From Octopus sinensis (taxonomy: Eukaryota): a DNA stretch of 64,000 nt. Location of the stretch: contig NW_021836291.1 of assembly GCF_006345805.1 (NCBI RefSeq), positions 248,001-312,000 of the forward strand. Direction: 5' to 3'. The notes under the pieces are model-generated. The model was not told where the DNA came from. It searched no databases and was given only the letters and a program-made list of their open reading frames with translations. The position numbers and the translations under genes were made by a program. The stretch's first letter is position 1. The number at the start of each line of letters is the position of its first letter. Of this stretch, positions 12,740 to 26,029 are shown in pieces.

Positions 12740-13665
12740 TACAAATTACCGTTTAATTTCTCTCATACCTTTGTTAGCAAAATACTCCTGAAGATAATAA
12801 AACAACGTTTATCTCCAATTTCAGAAAGGATTTTATCTATTTATCAAACTGGTTTTAGACGTGGTCGTGGAACGCGAAACCACATCTCCAGCCTCCGATG
12901 GATTATGGAAAAATCGCGTGAATCTCAGAAGTATCTTTACATATGTTTCACTTACTATCTCAATGCTTTTGATTGCGTACTTCACAATAAACTGATCTGT
13001 GCTGGAAGAATTTGGAATTCCTCGTCATTTCATATGAATAATTAAATATCTTTATACAAAGCAAAATAAGCTTTTGTGGACTCCTTATGGGGACACAAAT
13101 TGTTTCATTATTGGGAAGGGTGCTAGACAAAGCTGTATTTGATCTCCCCTTCTGTCTAATATTTACACTGAGAAAATTATGGAGGAGTTAAATTGTGAAA
13201 ATAATATTGGAAAAAAATTAAGTGGACTAAGAATAAATAATCTTTGTTATGAAGATGATACCACGTTGCCTTCGGAAACAGAAGATGATTTGAGACTATT
13301 GAGAGTAAAGGAGAAAAGAGCCACATTTGGTTTTTTTCTAAATGTGGAAAAAACAAAATAATGGCAACTTCACTATCTAGAAAAATGAGAGTTGTTGTCA
13401 ATACCGAAGAAATACAATGTGCTGAAAGCAATATATTTCTGGGTAGTCTGATAACTAGAGATGGTGGTTATGTTTTGGAAATCAATAGACAGATGATATT
13501 ATCCAGAAGTACAATGATAAAACTGAATAGCAAGAATGTCTGGAGTAACGAGGATGTCTGTCTCAGGAAAAGGACTTTTCAACGCGATTGTGTTCCCAGT
13601 CATCCTCTATGGTTTGTGAATTGTTAAAATTGTCCGAAGCAGATAGAAGAGAATGGATGCATTAG
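12740..13665 (+). mobile_element. Degraded RTE-clade (BovB/RTE-like) RT fragment
   Basis: QTGFRRGRGTRNHI..LRWIMEKSRE, AFDCV.HNKL, INNLCYEDDTTL, LGSLITRDG..EI. Many stops and frameshifts. Confidence 0.85.
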
Positions 13666-14698
13666 ACAATTACGTACAAATTTGCGCTAACGTATGGATG
13701 TTTGACAATTTATTAAATTTAGGGTTTTCCATGATTTTTAAAATTGTACATTTATTATTTTTTGAAAAACTTTATTACAGAAAAAAGAAGAGAAAATAAA
13801 ATGAAAAAGTAAATTCTCTCTGAGGAAAATAAGCATTGACTACGACAGATTACATCTATCACATACCATTTTATTTCTTCCAGGCACTGGTGTGATGTTT
13901 CTGTTTCAAAAACAAACAGTAAGAGCATTTCTGACTATCAAGTATGCATTATTTACACGGAGAGAATTACCGACTGTTGAATGATAGTTCATTTTCGACT
14001 GTCGTAGACGGGCTCTGTTTTGGATAAAAATAATAAAATTACAGAGGCTTGTTCTACTACAAAAAATATTGGCAAACATGTAAAAAATATTCTTCTATAG
14101 ACTGTCAAGTAAATTGAACTTTTTAATTTATAGATTGAATGCAAGTGCAAAGCTGCATTTTTTGGCTGTGTGTATTTTCCTTTAAAGTATGTAATATTAT
14201 TTTGTAAATTGATAAAATTTAGAATTCATGTTGAATGAAATTGACATCAAATTGTTGTTTTTAATGATTTTTCGATTTAATTATTAGATTTTGAAAATTG
14301 TATTTTGTTAATGTTAAAAATTTTAGAAATTCATCAAGTTATTATTATTTTTCTTGGTAATAAATATTATATATTTGTTTTTATATTGAATATTAAGTAA
14401 TCAAATTACAAGTAATATTATGTCACAGAAAGTATTTAAATATGGTCTGAGTTATTTTATAACAAATTTCGTGCTACAATAGAATGATTTATGCAATAGA
14501 ATGTTTACAAATATTTTTTTTATAAACAGCATCAACAAAAATGTACAGATATTTAAAAAACATACTCAAATTATACCAGTTCTAACATTCTGATGACATC
14601 TAACATAAATGAACAAGAGAATAAATTTTAAACTAATAATCATTACTTTTAATTTTTTATTTGATGTAAATATTTCCTATTCTGTTGTTGTGGTATGT

Positions 14699-15095
14699 GT
14701 ATAAAATTAACGAATCTTCTCTTCTAACGGAAAAAGGAGTTGATTTTTTCCATAATTTTGATCCCTGAATTAATTCTAAAATCGTTACGGGGAGGTATTG
14801 TATTGCCGATGTATAATGTGAGAATTTTTGTATTTAAAGTAATTTTGATATTTTATGTTTTTTTTGTATAAAATTAATGAATCTTCTATTTTACCGGAGA
14901 CATTTGATTTATGAATTAATTGTAAAATCGTTACGGGGAGGTATTGTATTCCGATGTAAATGTGAGAATTTTTTTATTTAAAGTAATTTTGATATTTTAT
15001 GTTTATGTGTTTTTTTTGTATAAAATTAACGAATCTTCTCTTTTATCGGAGAAATTTGAAGAATTTTTTTGTTTAAAGTAATTTTAACTGGATCA
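14699..15095. repeat. Degenerate tandem repeat, about 2.5 copies of 150-170 bp
   Basis: TATAAAATTAACGAATCTTCT recurs at about 14699, 14868 and 15018. AAATCGTTACGGGGAGGTATTGTATT occurs twice. Confidence 0.85.
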
Positions 15096-15479
15096 ATTAC
15101 TATAATTAAGTGATTCAAATTAAATAATTTATAAATAATTTTTATGACTTAATCAATCAAGTTATTTTGTTTAGTGAGTAAAATAAATACAAAAAACGAA
15201 TTGCATTTTGTCACCATTTAAATCAAACCAGATTTTGGACACCATTTTGAACTGCTTTTCAAGATACGGAAGGAAGATTTCATATTTATGCAAATTCTCC
15301 CTTAAGTTCTGAACGTTTCGTAAAATTTCTGACGACTGATTACAAATTTCCGTTTGACAAATTTTTTGACATTCATGAAGTCTTTTTCAGTGCATCTTGG
15401 GGTTTTTGTGTGTGATTGACTTAATAAAAGACTTAGCAAAGAGAAAAATCAAGAAAGCATTTGTTATTTTTCCAATGAT

Positions 15480-18400
15480 GTGTGCATGTACGTTTTCAAG
15501 AAGTCAAGGAAAACGAAACCTATGGGCCTTCCTGCAAATCAAAATAGTTTAAAAAAGACAGGACCGTCGCCTGTGGGACTTCATAATGCCATAAGAGCTA
15601 ATGGTGTTAAAGAAGATCTTGTTGGTGATGTTGCCAAAACTAACTTGCATTCTCTTTCTGCAATCATCGGAAATGTCAATGGTGTCTCTGAAGGCGAATG
15701 GGTGTCTCAGATTGTCCTTGACAAAAGATGATCCGCCCCAAGATATTAATCAAATTACCGATATTCTATATGCTGCATAGTTTGCTTATTTGGCCTTAAC
15801 TACGAGAGCCAGATCACAGAGCACATGGTTGGAAAACACGGAAAGAAAAATCTCTAAATTAGCAGATGAAATTGACACAGTTCGTTTCTTCTCCAGACAA
15901 ACCTTGCCTCAGGCAGAAAAGCAAAAGGCAATGAATGTTCTCTGCCGCTACGGATATAAGAAGTCTAAGAAGGGGGAGCTAACCAGAATTGAGACTCTAT
16001 TGAATGATCTAATTAGAATAAAAAAGAAACAGATATCTATCCATTCCTCGAGGAAGGATTTCCGGAAAGACAATGCGTGTTTTGAATTAAATCGCAGAAG
16101 ATTTTATCGAAATTTATCTTCGAGCAATGAAGCCACCCTATATGGGTTTGGTGATGGTGATTGCTTGTCATTTTGGGAAGATGTCTGGAGCAAGAAAAAT
16201 ATGGGGCCGTAGTTAATGATTTTGTGGGTTTGAGGTGTACTGGCGGTGAAACTATGCGACCTCAATTCACAAGTGATTTTATTATGGATATGCTCAAATA
16301 CGCATCTGACTGGAAGGCATGACGGAACGTATAACTTTTTCTTAAAGAAAATGGATTCTTTGCATGGGTTTCTGTGTAAAGAGTTAGTCCGAATAATTAA
16401 CGGAGAGTACACGCCTAATAGCTGGTTTACACTGGCATAACTTACTTGATCCCTAAAAAAAGTGGTTGTGAGACCCCGAAGGACTTACGCTCTATAACGT
16501 GTATGCCAACTTTGTATAAACTTGTCACCAAATGTGTTAATGCCAAACTGCCCGATTTCATCAAGGCATTTGGCTTAATCTCAGATAATCAGCTCGGGAT
16601 GAGGAAGCAATGTCAAGGCGCCAAAGAGCAAGCCCTCATTAACCAATGCTTAAATAAGAAGTATGGAAATGGCCTCTATTCTGCTTGGGTCGATGTGAAG
16701 AAGGCATTTGACTCAGTTGATTACGAGTACTTGTTCCACGTTTTCGATTGCTTTGGAATACCACATTAGATTGTAAACTTTGTAAAGAACATAGTCAAGA
16801 AGTGGACAGTAAACTTACATATCGATGGGAAAAGAATTGGGAAAGTAAAGTTAGGCCGGGGAATACTCCAAGGAGATTCATTTCCCCGTTGCTATTCGTT
16901 ATGGCGATGGATCCCCTAAGCAGGATGCTTAACTCCATGTTTCCCAAACTCAAAATTAGTCGGGAAGATCCCAATATGTTGACATACTTCACAAATCATT
17001 TCTTCTTTATTGACGATCTGAAAATAGTTGCCCTCATAGAAGATGTGCTAGTTAAAATGATGGAGGCTGTTAATGGATTTTTTAAAAGTGTTGGCCTAGA
17101 GATGAATTCCGAAAAATCAGCATCTAATGTGGAATCTTTATCATGCTGTGAGACTGTGGATGGAATCAACGGATATCAGTACTTGGGTGTACTTGAAGAC
17201 GGCGGAAGTAATGTTCTACAAGAATAAAGTTATGGAATCCATACTAGAGAATGTCAAGAAGAGGATAATGCATTATCCCTATATAATTATTATATCAGGC
17301 TAATCAATATCGAACCTTACGAATTTGATGAAATTGACCAACAAATACGCCGATTACTTACGATTTTAAGTTACACCTCCAGCCTGCAAATAAGGAGAGG
17401 TTGTATTTGGACCGCAAGACGCTTGGAAGAGGACTTGCCTCAATTTCGCCAAAAGCGAATTAATACTCTTCCAGTTTCTTAAAAGTTTGGAAAAACAGTC
17501 GACTACCTGTTTGCGGAGATCGGGTATTTTGCGAGTAATAAAAAGAAAAAAATGGCACTTAGCCACAATCGCAGAATTTCTTGGCAGGGAAAATCTGACC
17601 ATTGAGTTACTGAAGGACGCACAAAGGAAACTCTTGCTTAACCGAATCAACTGTAAATCACTATACTCGGTGATGTTCAAATGTATGGAGGAATCAGATG
17701 TCTACATATCTACTTCTTTGCAATGGCTATCAAAAGAGAACAATGGTCCACGAAGCGAAGCATTGTACTGTCTTTTGCAAGATAGGAATTTGTTCTTTGC
17801 ATACACGGGATCACTATGCGTCCACTGCAAAAAAGCAGGCAGACTGTTGACCACCTAGCCACGCAGTGTGGTAGGATTCTAAACAGTGATTATCTCCAAA
17901 GACACAACGAAGTGGTAAAGTGTATCCATCTCCACTTGTGTCGAATGTATGGAATTAAACGAAGCAGGAAAATGAAAGGACATTCAGTTGTGTCAATAAT
18001 GTCGACTCAAAATGTCGAAATCAGAGTTGACACGTCAATTATTATTATTATTTATTATTATTTAAGCCAAAAAACAGAATCACCGTCTTAACCATTTACT
18101 AACGTGTTCAGGTGATTCCGACACTTCTCAACAGTCGAGCCATCTTTTCACGATGTTCAGACCGTGACCCCACACACTTTCTGTATGTACGGTGAAATGC
18201 TTGTGGTCCATCTCCACGATCCCTCCCACTTGCCTCTACAAGAGACTCCAGTGTTCGATGGACAATTTTCCTGTCGGTATGGTCCTTCAGTAGGTTTATG
18301 GATTTTTCTTGGATTTTCTCGATTTTTAGTTGGTTCGTTGCCGCCAGGTTACAGCCCCAAGCAGCACATGCATAGCCTATTGTTGGCTCGATATACTGCT

Positions 18401-19135
18401 TGTAAAGGGTCTCTACCCCTGGCGGACAAGTTCTTCCACAGTTCCAAAGAAAGGCTTTCACAAAATTAATTTTCTTTATACAAGTTGACACGATCGATTC
18501 AACATGAGGTGAAAAACAGAGGAAAGTATCAAACGTTACACCCAATATCTTCTGTGTTTTCTATGACTGAAACGTAAGTTCAATTCAATAAACCTGATAT
18601 TTTTGTTTATGACAAGAGGAAAAGAGAAATTCATTTAATCGAAGTGGGAGTTACCTCGCAAGACCGTTTAAAGCAAGTTGAAGTGGAGAAATTTCACAAA
18701 TACGACCTCCTTGCAAACGAACTGTAGGTTCTCTATGAAGCAAAAGTGAAGATTATTCCAATTTTCTTGACATGGGATGGAGTTGTCTCAAAGTTCTTAA
18801 AAAGTCATATGAACAAGTTATCCGTTGAAGAACATCCAGTCCGTTGTGCTGAAGAGGACGCTAGAGAGTATGCTTATCGAGCACAGACATGGGATGAAGG
18901 TAGACAACAAGGAATACGCCTCTGCCGCCAATCAATTTGCGGAGCTGGCATGTCGTGAGGACACTCAATTGAATAAATTCATTGACGAGGAAATAGAGAA
19001 TGAAAGAAAGTTTATGGAAAACTCTTCTTCCAAGCGAAGAAGAGAAATCACTGAAGATCTGGATTTTTAACTAGCTACTTTCACGTGATTGTTTTTCTTG
19101 TTACATGTTTGTTGTAAATGAAATAATAATAATGA
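15480..19135 (+). mobile_element. R4/Dong-like RLE non-LTR retrotransposon, near full length, degraded
   Basis: FELNRRRFYRNL, ITCMPTLYKL, QGAKEQALIN, WVDVKKAFDSV, GILQGDSFSPLL, FFIDDLK, CCHC (CVHCKK...HL..QC), RHNEVVKCIH, KPDIF, KYDLLANEL. Many frameshifts. Confidence 0.9.
18041..18562 (-). mobile_element. 5'-truncated LINE 3' end nested in the R4-like element
   Basis: ORF LGVTFD..LCFSPHV...LYKQYIEPTIGYACAAWG with a (TAA)n tail at 18041-18063. It interrupts GACACGTCAATT/ATGACTGAAACG, which is contiguous in the sister copy near 54693. Confidence 0.85.
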
Positions 19136-19264
19136 CATGCTTTAACTTTTGTTACTTGTTGTTGTGTTCCAATATAAAATTAGTTTTCTCAATTGATCTG
19201 GCCAAAGCACATCTCAAGCAATAGGGTACGGATTACTCTTCGGATTACTCTACATCAAGACCTA

Positions 19265-19328
19265 ACCTCGAATGATGACACATCAAAATATGAAGCCTGA
19301 TTATAATGAGGCATTTGTCTGACGAGTT
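19265..19328 (+). ncRNA. Candidate box C/D snoRNA 1
   Basis: Stem CTCG, 1 nt, C box ATGATGA (19272-19278), D' CTGA (19297-19300), weak C' ATGAGG, D CTGA (19319-19322), stem CGAG. Confidence 0.5.
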
Positions 19329-19361
19329 GTAAATATTTAGTGCAATAACTAATTATATATG

Positions 19362-19424
19362 GTGATTATGATGAATATTATTTTTTGATTCACTGATTTA
19401 TATACACTTTGATTCTGACATCAC
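19362..19424 (+). ncRNA. Candidate box C/D snoRNA 2
   Basis: Stem GTGAT, C box ATGATGA (19368-19374), D' CTGA (19393-19396), D CTGA (19415-19418), stem ATCAC. Confidence 0.45.
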
Positions 19425-19559
19425 ATATTCAAATATTTCATCTGGCTTGAAATATTTATATTTTCCTGTTAGAATCATAAAATTGGCCTACTCTTTATGA
19501 CTAATCTCAGCCTTGCTTGCATTTAGTGCGTTCGGGGAGGACTTTGTTAATAGTTCTTT

Positions 19560-19900
19560 TATGTTTGATAATTTTTTGTCAGTGAATGAGTTTAGAATAC
19601 TACTGTAGGATGTCCTGGCGTGTTTTTGATGTTCCTTTCAGGGGTTGATGTTGTCGTGAGATGGTTTTTGATAATACTCACTGAGGCGGAAATTGGGTTC
19701 CTGGTGCATATAGTTAGTCGTGTAGACTTTATAAAGCCGTAATGATTTTGAGTGCTTGGTTTTGAATTGATGTAATTTCTGAAGAAGTTTTTTGTCAATA
19801 TGGGCGCCCAAGATAGACTAGAATAGTTTAATGTTGGAAGAATATATTGTTTTTATAGGAATGTTAGGGATTCTTTGTTTTGTACAAAGTCGGTTCCTGT
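19560..19900 (-). mobile_element. LINE 3' fragment (same group as 1889-4346)
   Basis: GTDFVQNKESLTFL*KQYILPTLNYSSLSWAP aligns with GTSFGQDKESLTTVYKQFIRTTMNYAIPAWG. Confidence 0.7.
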
Positions 19901-20349
19901 CAGTGAACGGAGAGCATTCATTTTATATCTCTGGACTTGTGCGCGTGATTTCGTCAATTCCTCGATGGATCCGCAATGTGATGGTGTCCTAAATTGACTC
20001 CGCAGCAAACACCCCCATGCCCCTGCTAAATTCGTGCAATACTGAAGCTAGATCCGGTTCTGTCTATTTCGATCACTTGCTATTTCCGTCATTCTTCTTT
20101 GTTCACATATTGTTACGGATGCGATTCTAACCGTTGCAAGATAGCTTTTTTTCTCTGCTGGGCTCATTGCCCTGTCGAAGGTCGAGGGTGGCATTACGGT
20201 CGGTAACGTCTTCGGGAGACTCTTTACCAAAATAATTTCCCACAAGGTCGTTTCCTCTCTGAGTTTAAGTTCTTTCTCTTCCAGTAGGGTGTCGGCGTCC
20301 AACGTTCCTGCGAAATACTTGCGCACGGTACTTGCCGACTTGCCCAGTC

Positions 20350-21030
20350 AAAGGCAAAGACTGGAAATTCATTGCAAAGCTGAACGTTAGTAAAGCCTTC
20401 AACTGTAATTTCGGGACTATCTTGACATTTGGTTGGTGTTAATTAATTATCTTGATTAATTTTAATTAGGCTGTTCGCATCGAAGTGTGTATTCGATTTG
20501 GACTTGATATATGCCAACCGCGCCGTTTCCAATATGATTTCATAATCTCCTCAAACGGATTACACGCCTTGTCTTGTAAGAGGAGTGCTGGCCGATTTCC
20601 TCGCTATGCTCTACTCAATGAATTGATTAAGATGGCATTTGATTCCACGGGATTCTTGTCTATCCTGGAACCGGTTGGTCTCTTTGGGGTGATAAACGTA
20701 ACATGTGTGGATTCTCTGTCAGAGATATTGTGTCTAGGACGGCATGTTCGCAGGCTATGCTTGCGCGCTTACGGGGGAAAAGAAAATATTGAAATACGCG
20801 CAGCTTTCTGAGATGAGTTTGTGGCCTTCGCATTTGAGACCACTGGCGTAGTTGGTAAGGAGGCTAAGAAGTTTTTACCGTTGGCAAGCGAAAAAATCGC
20901 ATTGATAACTAATGACCGGAGGGGACGAGTTGGCTCTTCTAACGCGTCTCGGTCTCGATTCTTCGCGGGAACTGCTTCTCAATTCGCAGCGCGTCGTCGG
21001 ACTGACCCTTAAGTCTGTGACACTCTATAT
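20350..21030 (+). mobile_element. CRE-like RLE retrotransposon fragment
   Basis: KLNVSKAFN, RFGLDICQP, GLHALSCKRSAGRFPRYALLNELI, ILEPVGL, FAFETTGVVG. Internally deleted. Confidence 0.8.
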
Positions 21031-21500
21031 TTATTTTTTTCTCATGAATTGAATTTATAAAATAAAATCAGATAATGAAACATTAAACATTAACGAATTA
21101 GTTTAATTTTCCTAACTAGCAGAGCGATTATGTTTATAAATTTTTTAATAGACTATTGATTAATTAAATATGTGCTGCTTAAAAAATTCAAAAAATTTAT
21201 CAATAAAAATCAGATAATTGTGGGCAGAGGGATCCATAAAAATGTTTTTGCAAAGTTTATAAACCGTTTTTGAAAGTAGAAAACATTCTGCCTTTTGAGT
21301 CTCAGGGCTTTCGATACCGTCTTCAAACAAATCCTCCCTAGTTTTTTTTTATTTTTTGAATTCTTAAATAATTAGTTTTGGCTAATAAAATTATGTTTCG
21401 AAAACACATAAATGAGTTTTGCAGTTTGCATAAAACCTATTTGTTTGATACAGGCATGAAAATTTATTATATTTTGTACTTCGTACATACAGCGTACATA

Positions 21501-22662
21501 CAGTGAACAAAAATAAAAACTGAACACGCTTTTTGTTATAAATTTACAAAGGGACAATATTACGAATATGTCTCAAATTTATTCTTAACATGGATTTAAG
21601 TATTTTACATTTATTAGTTTTTTTAGAAACATATATTTATATTCATGCGCTTTTTTATGAAATCAAAAATTCAAAACCAAAAAAAACTGAACAAATTTAA
21701 ATTACTTAAATATATCAAAGAAAACGTTTTTTTAAAAAAATTCGTTCACATTCAATCATTTGTAATCTCGCTACATGGCTAGCTATACAACATTTAAAGA
21801 AAAAGGCATTATAATTGGCATGCATAAATCTGGAAAAACATACAGAGGAATACAAGATATCATCAAAAGATCCCTCGGCACGATATCGTAAATTGTCAGA
21901 AGCTACTTAAATAACTGCTTGACAGACAGAAAAGCCGGGTTTGGTCGACTATCGTTGCTTAATCGTCAAGAAATATTTAAAATTAATGAGACTCAAAAAG
22001 TTGGTGTCCATTTCAGCTTTGTTGAATTTGAAAAAAACTTTCACAGGAAAAGCAGGGAAATTAGTAACAGCTCAAACAATAAGAAATACAATAGAAAAAT
22101 TGGTCCGAATGCTTATCAACCCACAAAAAGGCCACTTCTTACCAAAAACATAAACTTCGACGATTGACGCTATGCCAAACATGGAATATGCTCTCAGAAT
22201 ATTTTTGAGAGCAAGTTATTTTAAGTGATGAAAGTAAATTTAACATGTACAATAGTGATGGAAGAACTTTTGTATGGAGAAATCGCAAGCAGTATATTTA
22301 ACAAACAATGTGAAAAAACAGTAAAATTCGGTAGAGAAACCATGTTATAGGGTTCCATAAGCATTATTGGATTCAGTAATTTGGTTTGGATAAAAGAGAA
22401 GATGGGTGGAGCTTTGTATGTTAACATACTAACGAACAATCTTATCTTATTTCTGAACAAAATCGAACTTAAAGATCCTATTTACAGACACGACAATGAT
22501 CCGAATCATACTTCGGCAGAAGCAAATCGTTTTTATGGAAATAATTGATACCATGACCAGCACAAAACCCAGATTTAAACCCCATAGAGAATGTTTGGGC
22601 CTTTATTAAAGAAAAATCAAATTAAAGAAAAATGTTTGTTCAGTTTTTATTTTTATTGTTTG
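21501..22662 (+). mobile_element. Tc1-family transposon, degraded
   Basis: 26-bp imperfect TIRs (22/26) with TA flanks. Transposase remnants: MASYTTFKEKGIIIGMHKSG, HDNDPNHTS, PAQNPDLNPIENVW. Confidence 0.85.
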
Positions 22663-23674
22663 TATCTGTGATATTACTAAAATTTTTGAAGCAATACGTC
22701 AGAAAAAAAACGTGGAAATGATCAGGATACAAATTTTACTTTTTTGGCTACGAGTATGCAATTATCCAATTTGAATTTTTTATGTCGACCAAACGCTTGT
22801 CAAAACAGTAACGTTCGATCTTAATTACTATATTTGACAGCGTTAATAGTTGCTGCAAATAATAGTCCTTAGTTGCAGTCTTGGTGAAAAAAATTATAAA
22901 ATTAAAATCTTTATAAATCAGCATCACAGTCGCCTAAAATTCAACCACTTAGCTAAAAAGTTGATCAAATACGTCCTGCTGATAATATTATTAATAAAAA
23001 CATCACACTCAAAACCATCTAATTGTTTAAAAAAATAATCTTTATATAACAAAGTGGATTAATTTTAGCTGAATGACACTTCAGGGGGCCATTAAATTGA
23101 AGGGAAGATAGTCGAAAAAACAAAGCTAAATTGCAATAATTTAACACTAATCAGACGAGTTGACTTTATCGGCGTCTTCTATTTTGGAACACATCGACAA
23201 AAGTGACTGTTTCTTTTTTCTCGCTGGCGTCAAAACTCATATTTGTTCTCAACATTGTTTCGCGTGTTGTTTTCATTGATTTTAGGCCGTTCAAAAAATT
23301 TGAAGGACCTCTCAAATGTAATATCCAGGAATTGTTGCCAAACTAATCCGTTTTGCCAGACTTGTATTGAGGTCAAGGACAGACTTAAGTAACATATTGT
23401 GAAGACTCAAGAGACTCAAGAGATGACTTACCCCTTCTAAAATTTTTTATTATAACCTAATTTATGGATTCTAAAAACCTAGTTTTTATTGACCAATTTT
23501 TAGTCAATTGACATTTTTATAGGAATTTTTCCAGACTTTTTTCTAGTTTCCTTATGGTTTTTTGGCATATGCTTCTGGGTGAAATCTCCATAGATTGTAT
23601 GTGTTTAGTTAAAATAGCCGAAGATCGTCATAAGATCAATCCTCTGAAACCATAAAATCAATATTTAAGATATA

Positions 23675-25086
23675 CAGTAAAACCTCTGGTGCTCGCCATT
23701 TTCGGGACCGAAGAAAAAATGGCGAGCAATAGAATTTGGCGAGCAATGGAAATAATCAATAAATTTTTCGACTTTGAAATTTTGAAAACATCTCGGTTTT
23801 TGATACTTTCCTAAGTGAACCTTCCAAGTCATATTAAAGCAAAGAAACAAAGAGAATCAAAAGAAATTAAAAAGAAATAATTAACTAAAAATTATCAATT
23901 TCAACAGTTGGTCTTTCGAGTTGATTTTCACATTCGATCCATTTTGAATGTCCGAAACAATTTGTACTTGTTTTGGTCGTTACTTTTTTCCAGGCAAAAT
24001 ATGCAAAAAGAAGACCGTCTTTTAAAGTTAATTTTGTATGAGCTTCCAGTGGATTTTCTCCATTTTCAATTTTTTCTAACATAAACTCAAATTTAAGTTT
24101 ATTAAAATGTCCTTTGAAGGATCTAATGATTCCTTGATCCATTGGTTGTAGAATTGTTGTAGTCTTCGAAGGTAGGTAAAGAACTTCAATTGACTCTAAA
24201 TCAGCGTAAAGTTTATGGGATGGGCATCGATCCACAACTAAAAGAATTTTTTGTTTTTTTAGATGCCTATCCCATGTTAAAAGCCATTCGTTAAAAATTT
24301 TACTTGTCATCCATGCTTTTGGTGAATGACAGTAATCGACAAAATTTTCGACTTTAAAATTTTTAAAGCAGCGAGGTTTCTGGAACTTTCCAATCATAAG
24401 TGAAATTTTTTTGTTTGTCCCAGCCATATTTGAGCATAGCAACAAAGAAAATCTAAAAAAATAAATAAAAATTAAACCGTTTTTTAAGGATTTTATGTCC
24501 ATATCGAACCTTCTGACAAACACTTTTTGAAGGGATAGATTTGTAAAAAATCCCAGTTTCATCAGCGTTATAAATGTTTTCAGCATTATATGTTGAATCT
24601 TTGCAGAGATCAATTTCTTGTTTCTGATCAACTGCAGCTCATGTATTCCATCCAAGTTAATAGTTCGGTGTCAATAACAGAATAAGTTAAGTTAGATAAT
24701 CTCTTCTTATTGGAGAAAATAGGATCAGTAGACAGTATTTTCTCTTTTCCAAGTCTAAAATCGTTTCTTCAAAACAGAAGAAAAAATGTAAGCTATACGG
24801 TCCATCGTGAGATTTTTGTTCTCCTCCATGTACGCAATAATGCGACGTTTTTATTAAAAGACAATCTTGTGCTCTTACGCATGTTGAATTTAGCATGGTT
24901 GAAATATTTTATATAAAAAATAGTTTAACCAAAAAATATTTTTAAAAATTAATGGCGAGATTTAGAAAATGGCGAGCAAAAGAATATTTATCAAAATTTA
25001 CTAGAAATTTTTAATTTTTTGGAAAATATGTGGCGAGCAATAGAGGTGGCGAGTAACAGAGGTGGCGAGCACCAGAGGTTTTACTG
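23675..25086 (-). mobile_element. pogo/Tigger (DDE_1) transposon, internally rearranged, with a 25-nt intron
   Basis: TIR CAGTAAAACCTCTGGTGCTCGCCA at both ends with TA TSD. Reads IYNADETGIFYK...GHKILKK|RFSLLLCSN (intron 24453-24477), VVDRCPSH, LQPMDQGIIRSFK. A second paralogous transposase scrap lies at 23740-23850. Confidence 0.92.
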
Positions 25087-25574
25087 TATAACGTTTAATG
25101 CAACTAAGAACGTTTGTCCTGAGTTGTCATCGGTGTATGTTTTGGGTTATTTAAAAAAGACAACACGATTCACATAGATATGCCTACTAAATACTTCCTT
25201 CATCTTGCTAATCTCGTACTCGTAGTGTTCAAACACAGAGACATCCTGACAGTGTAATTGCAGTGCCAGTTGTCTTTTTAAATTAGAAAAAGAGGCTTAT
25301 TTTATAAAAAAAATTTACTCTAAAGCTTAAAATCGGTTTTCTTTGTTTTTAGTCATTTGTAGGTAGAATTATCAAAAATGAATATTTTTGCGTTATGAGG
25401 GTGACAAAATTTATTATCATGTTAAAGAATTGCCGATAAATTTTCCTTTTTTTTAAATTAAACATTTGCAGGAGGACAGGAGGAATTTAAAGAGTCGTGA
25501 ATCAATTCTGAAACAAGTCAAAACTAAAAATTCATCTATAAAAATAGTCAACAAGTTATTAATATATTCGAGTG

Positions 25575-25990
25575 AAAAGATAGAATTATGTTTATGGTGG
25601 ATATGTAGCCTGGCGGATTGCCAAACTGTTTCCCCGGATAATGGCAATCGAGAGCCGTTGCATTAGCCAGTTCGCCTCCCGAGGATCATGGGTGCGCATT
25701 GAGATTTTGGCTCCGAGCTTGCGAAGGAACTTTTCAGTTTTTGGACCGAGAGCACCCGACGTCTCAGCCGCAATCGGCACCACGGAAAACTTCTCCGAGA
25801 GGGCAGAATATTTTAAAAGCTTTAAATCTTCAGCCTTCTTAGCTGCAGATTTGGCCTCCAGGGCACACGAAGTTAAGTGAGAAGCAGAAAAGGTGTCGCA
25901 GCAGGTTGCGTCCCAAACGAGGCCTTTTCCGCCTTCGAAGGGGAAAAGGGTCATCCCGTCAAGACGTTTCCCGTCGCCGCGTCAACAAGT
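25575..25990 (-). mobile_element. CRE-like RLE retrotransposon 3' fragment
   Basis: GDGKRLDGMTLFPFEGGKGLVWDATCCDTF...AAETSG...LMQRLSIAIIRGN. Confidence 0.9.
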
Positions 25991-26029
25991 TAAAGTTCCC
26001 ACAACTTGATGAAAAACGTTGAACCTAAA

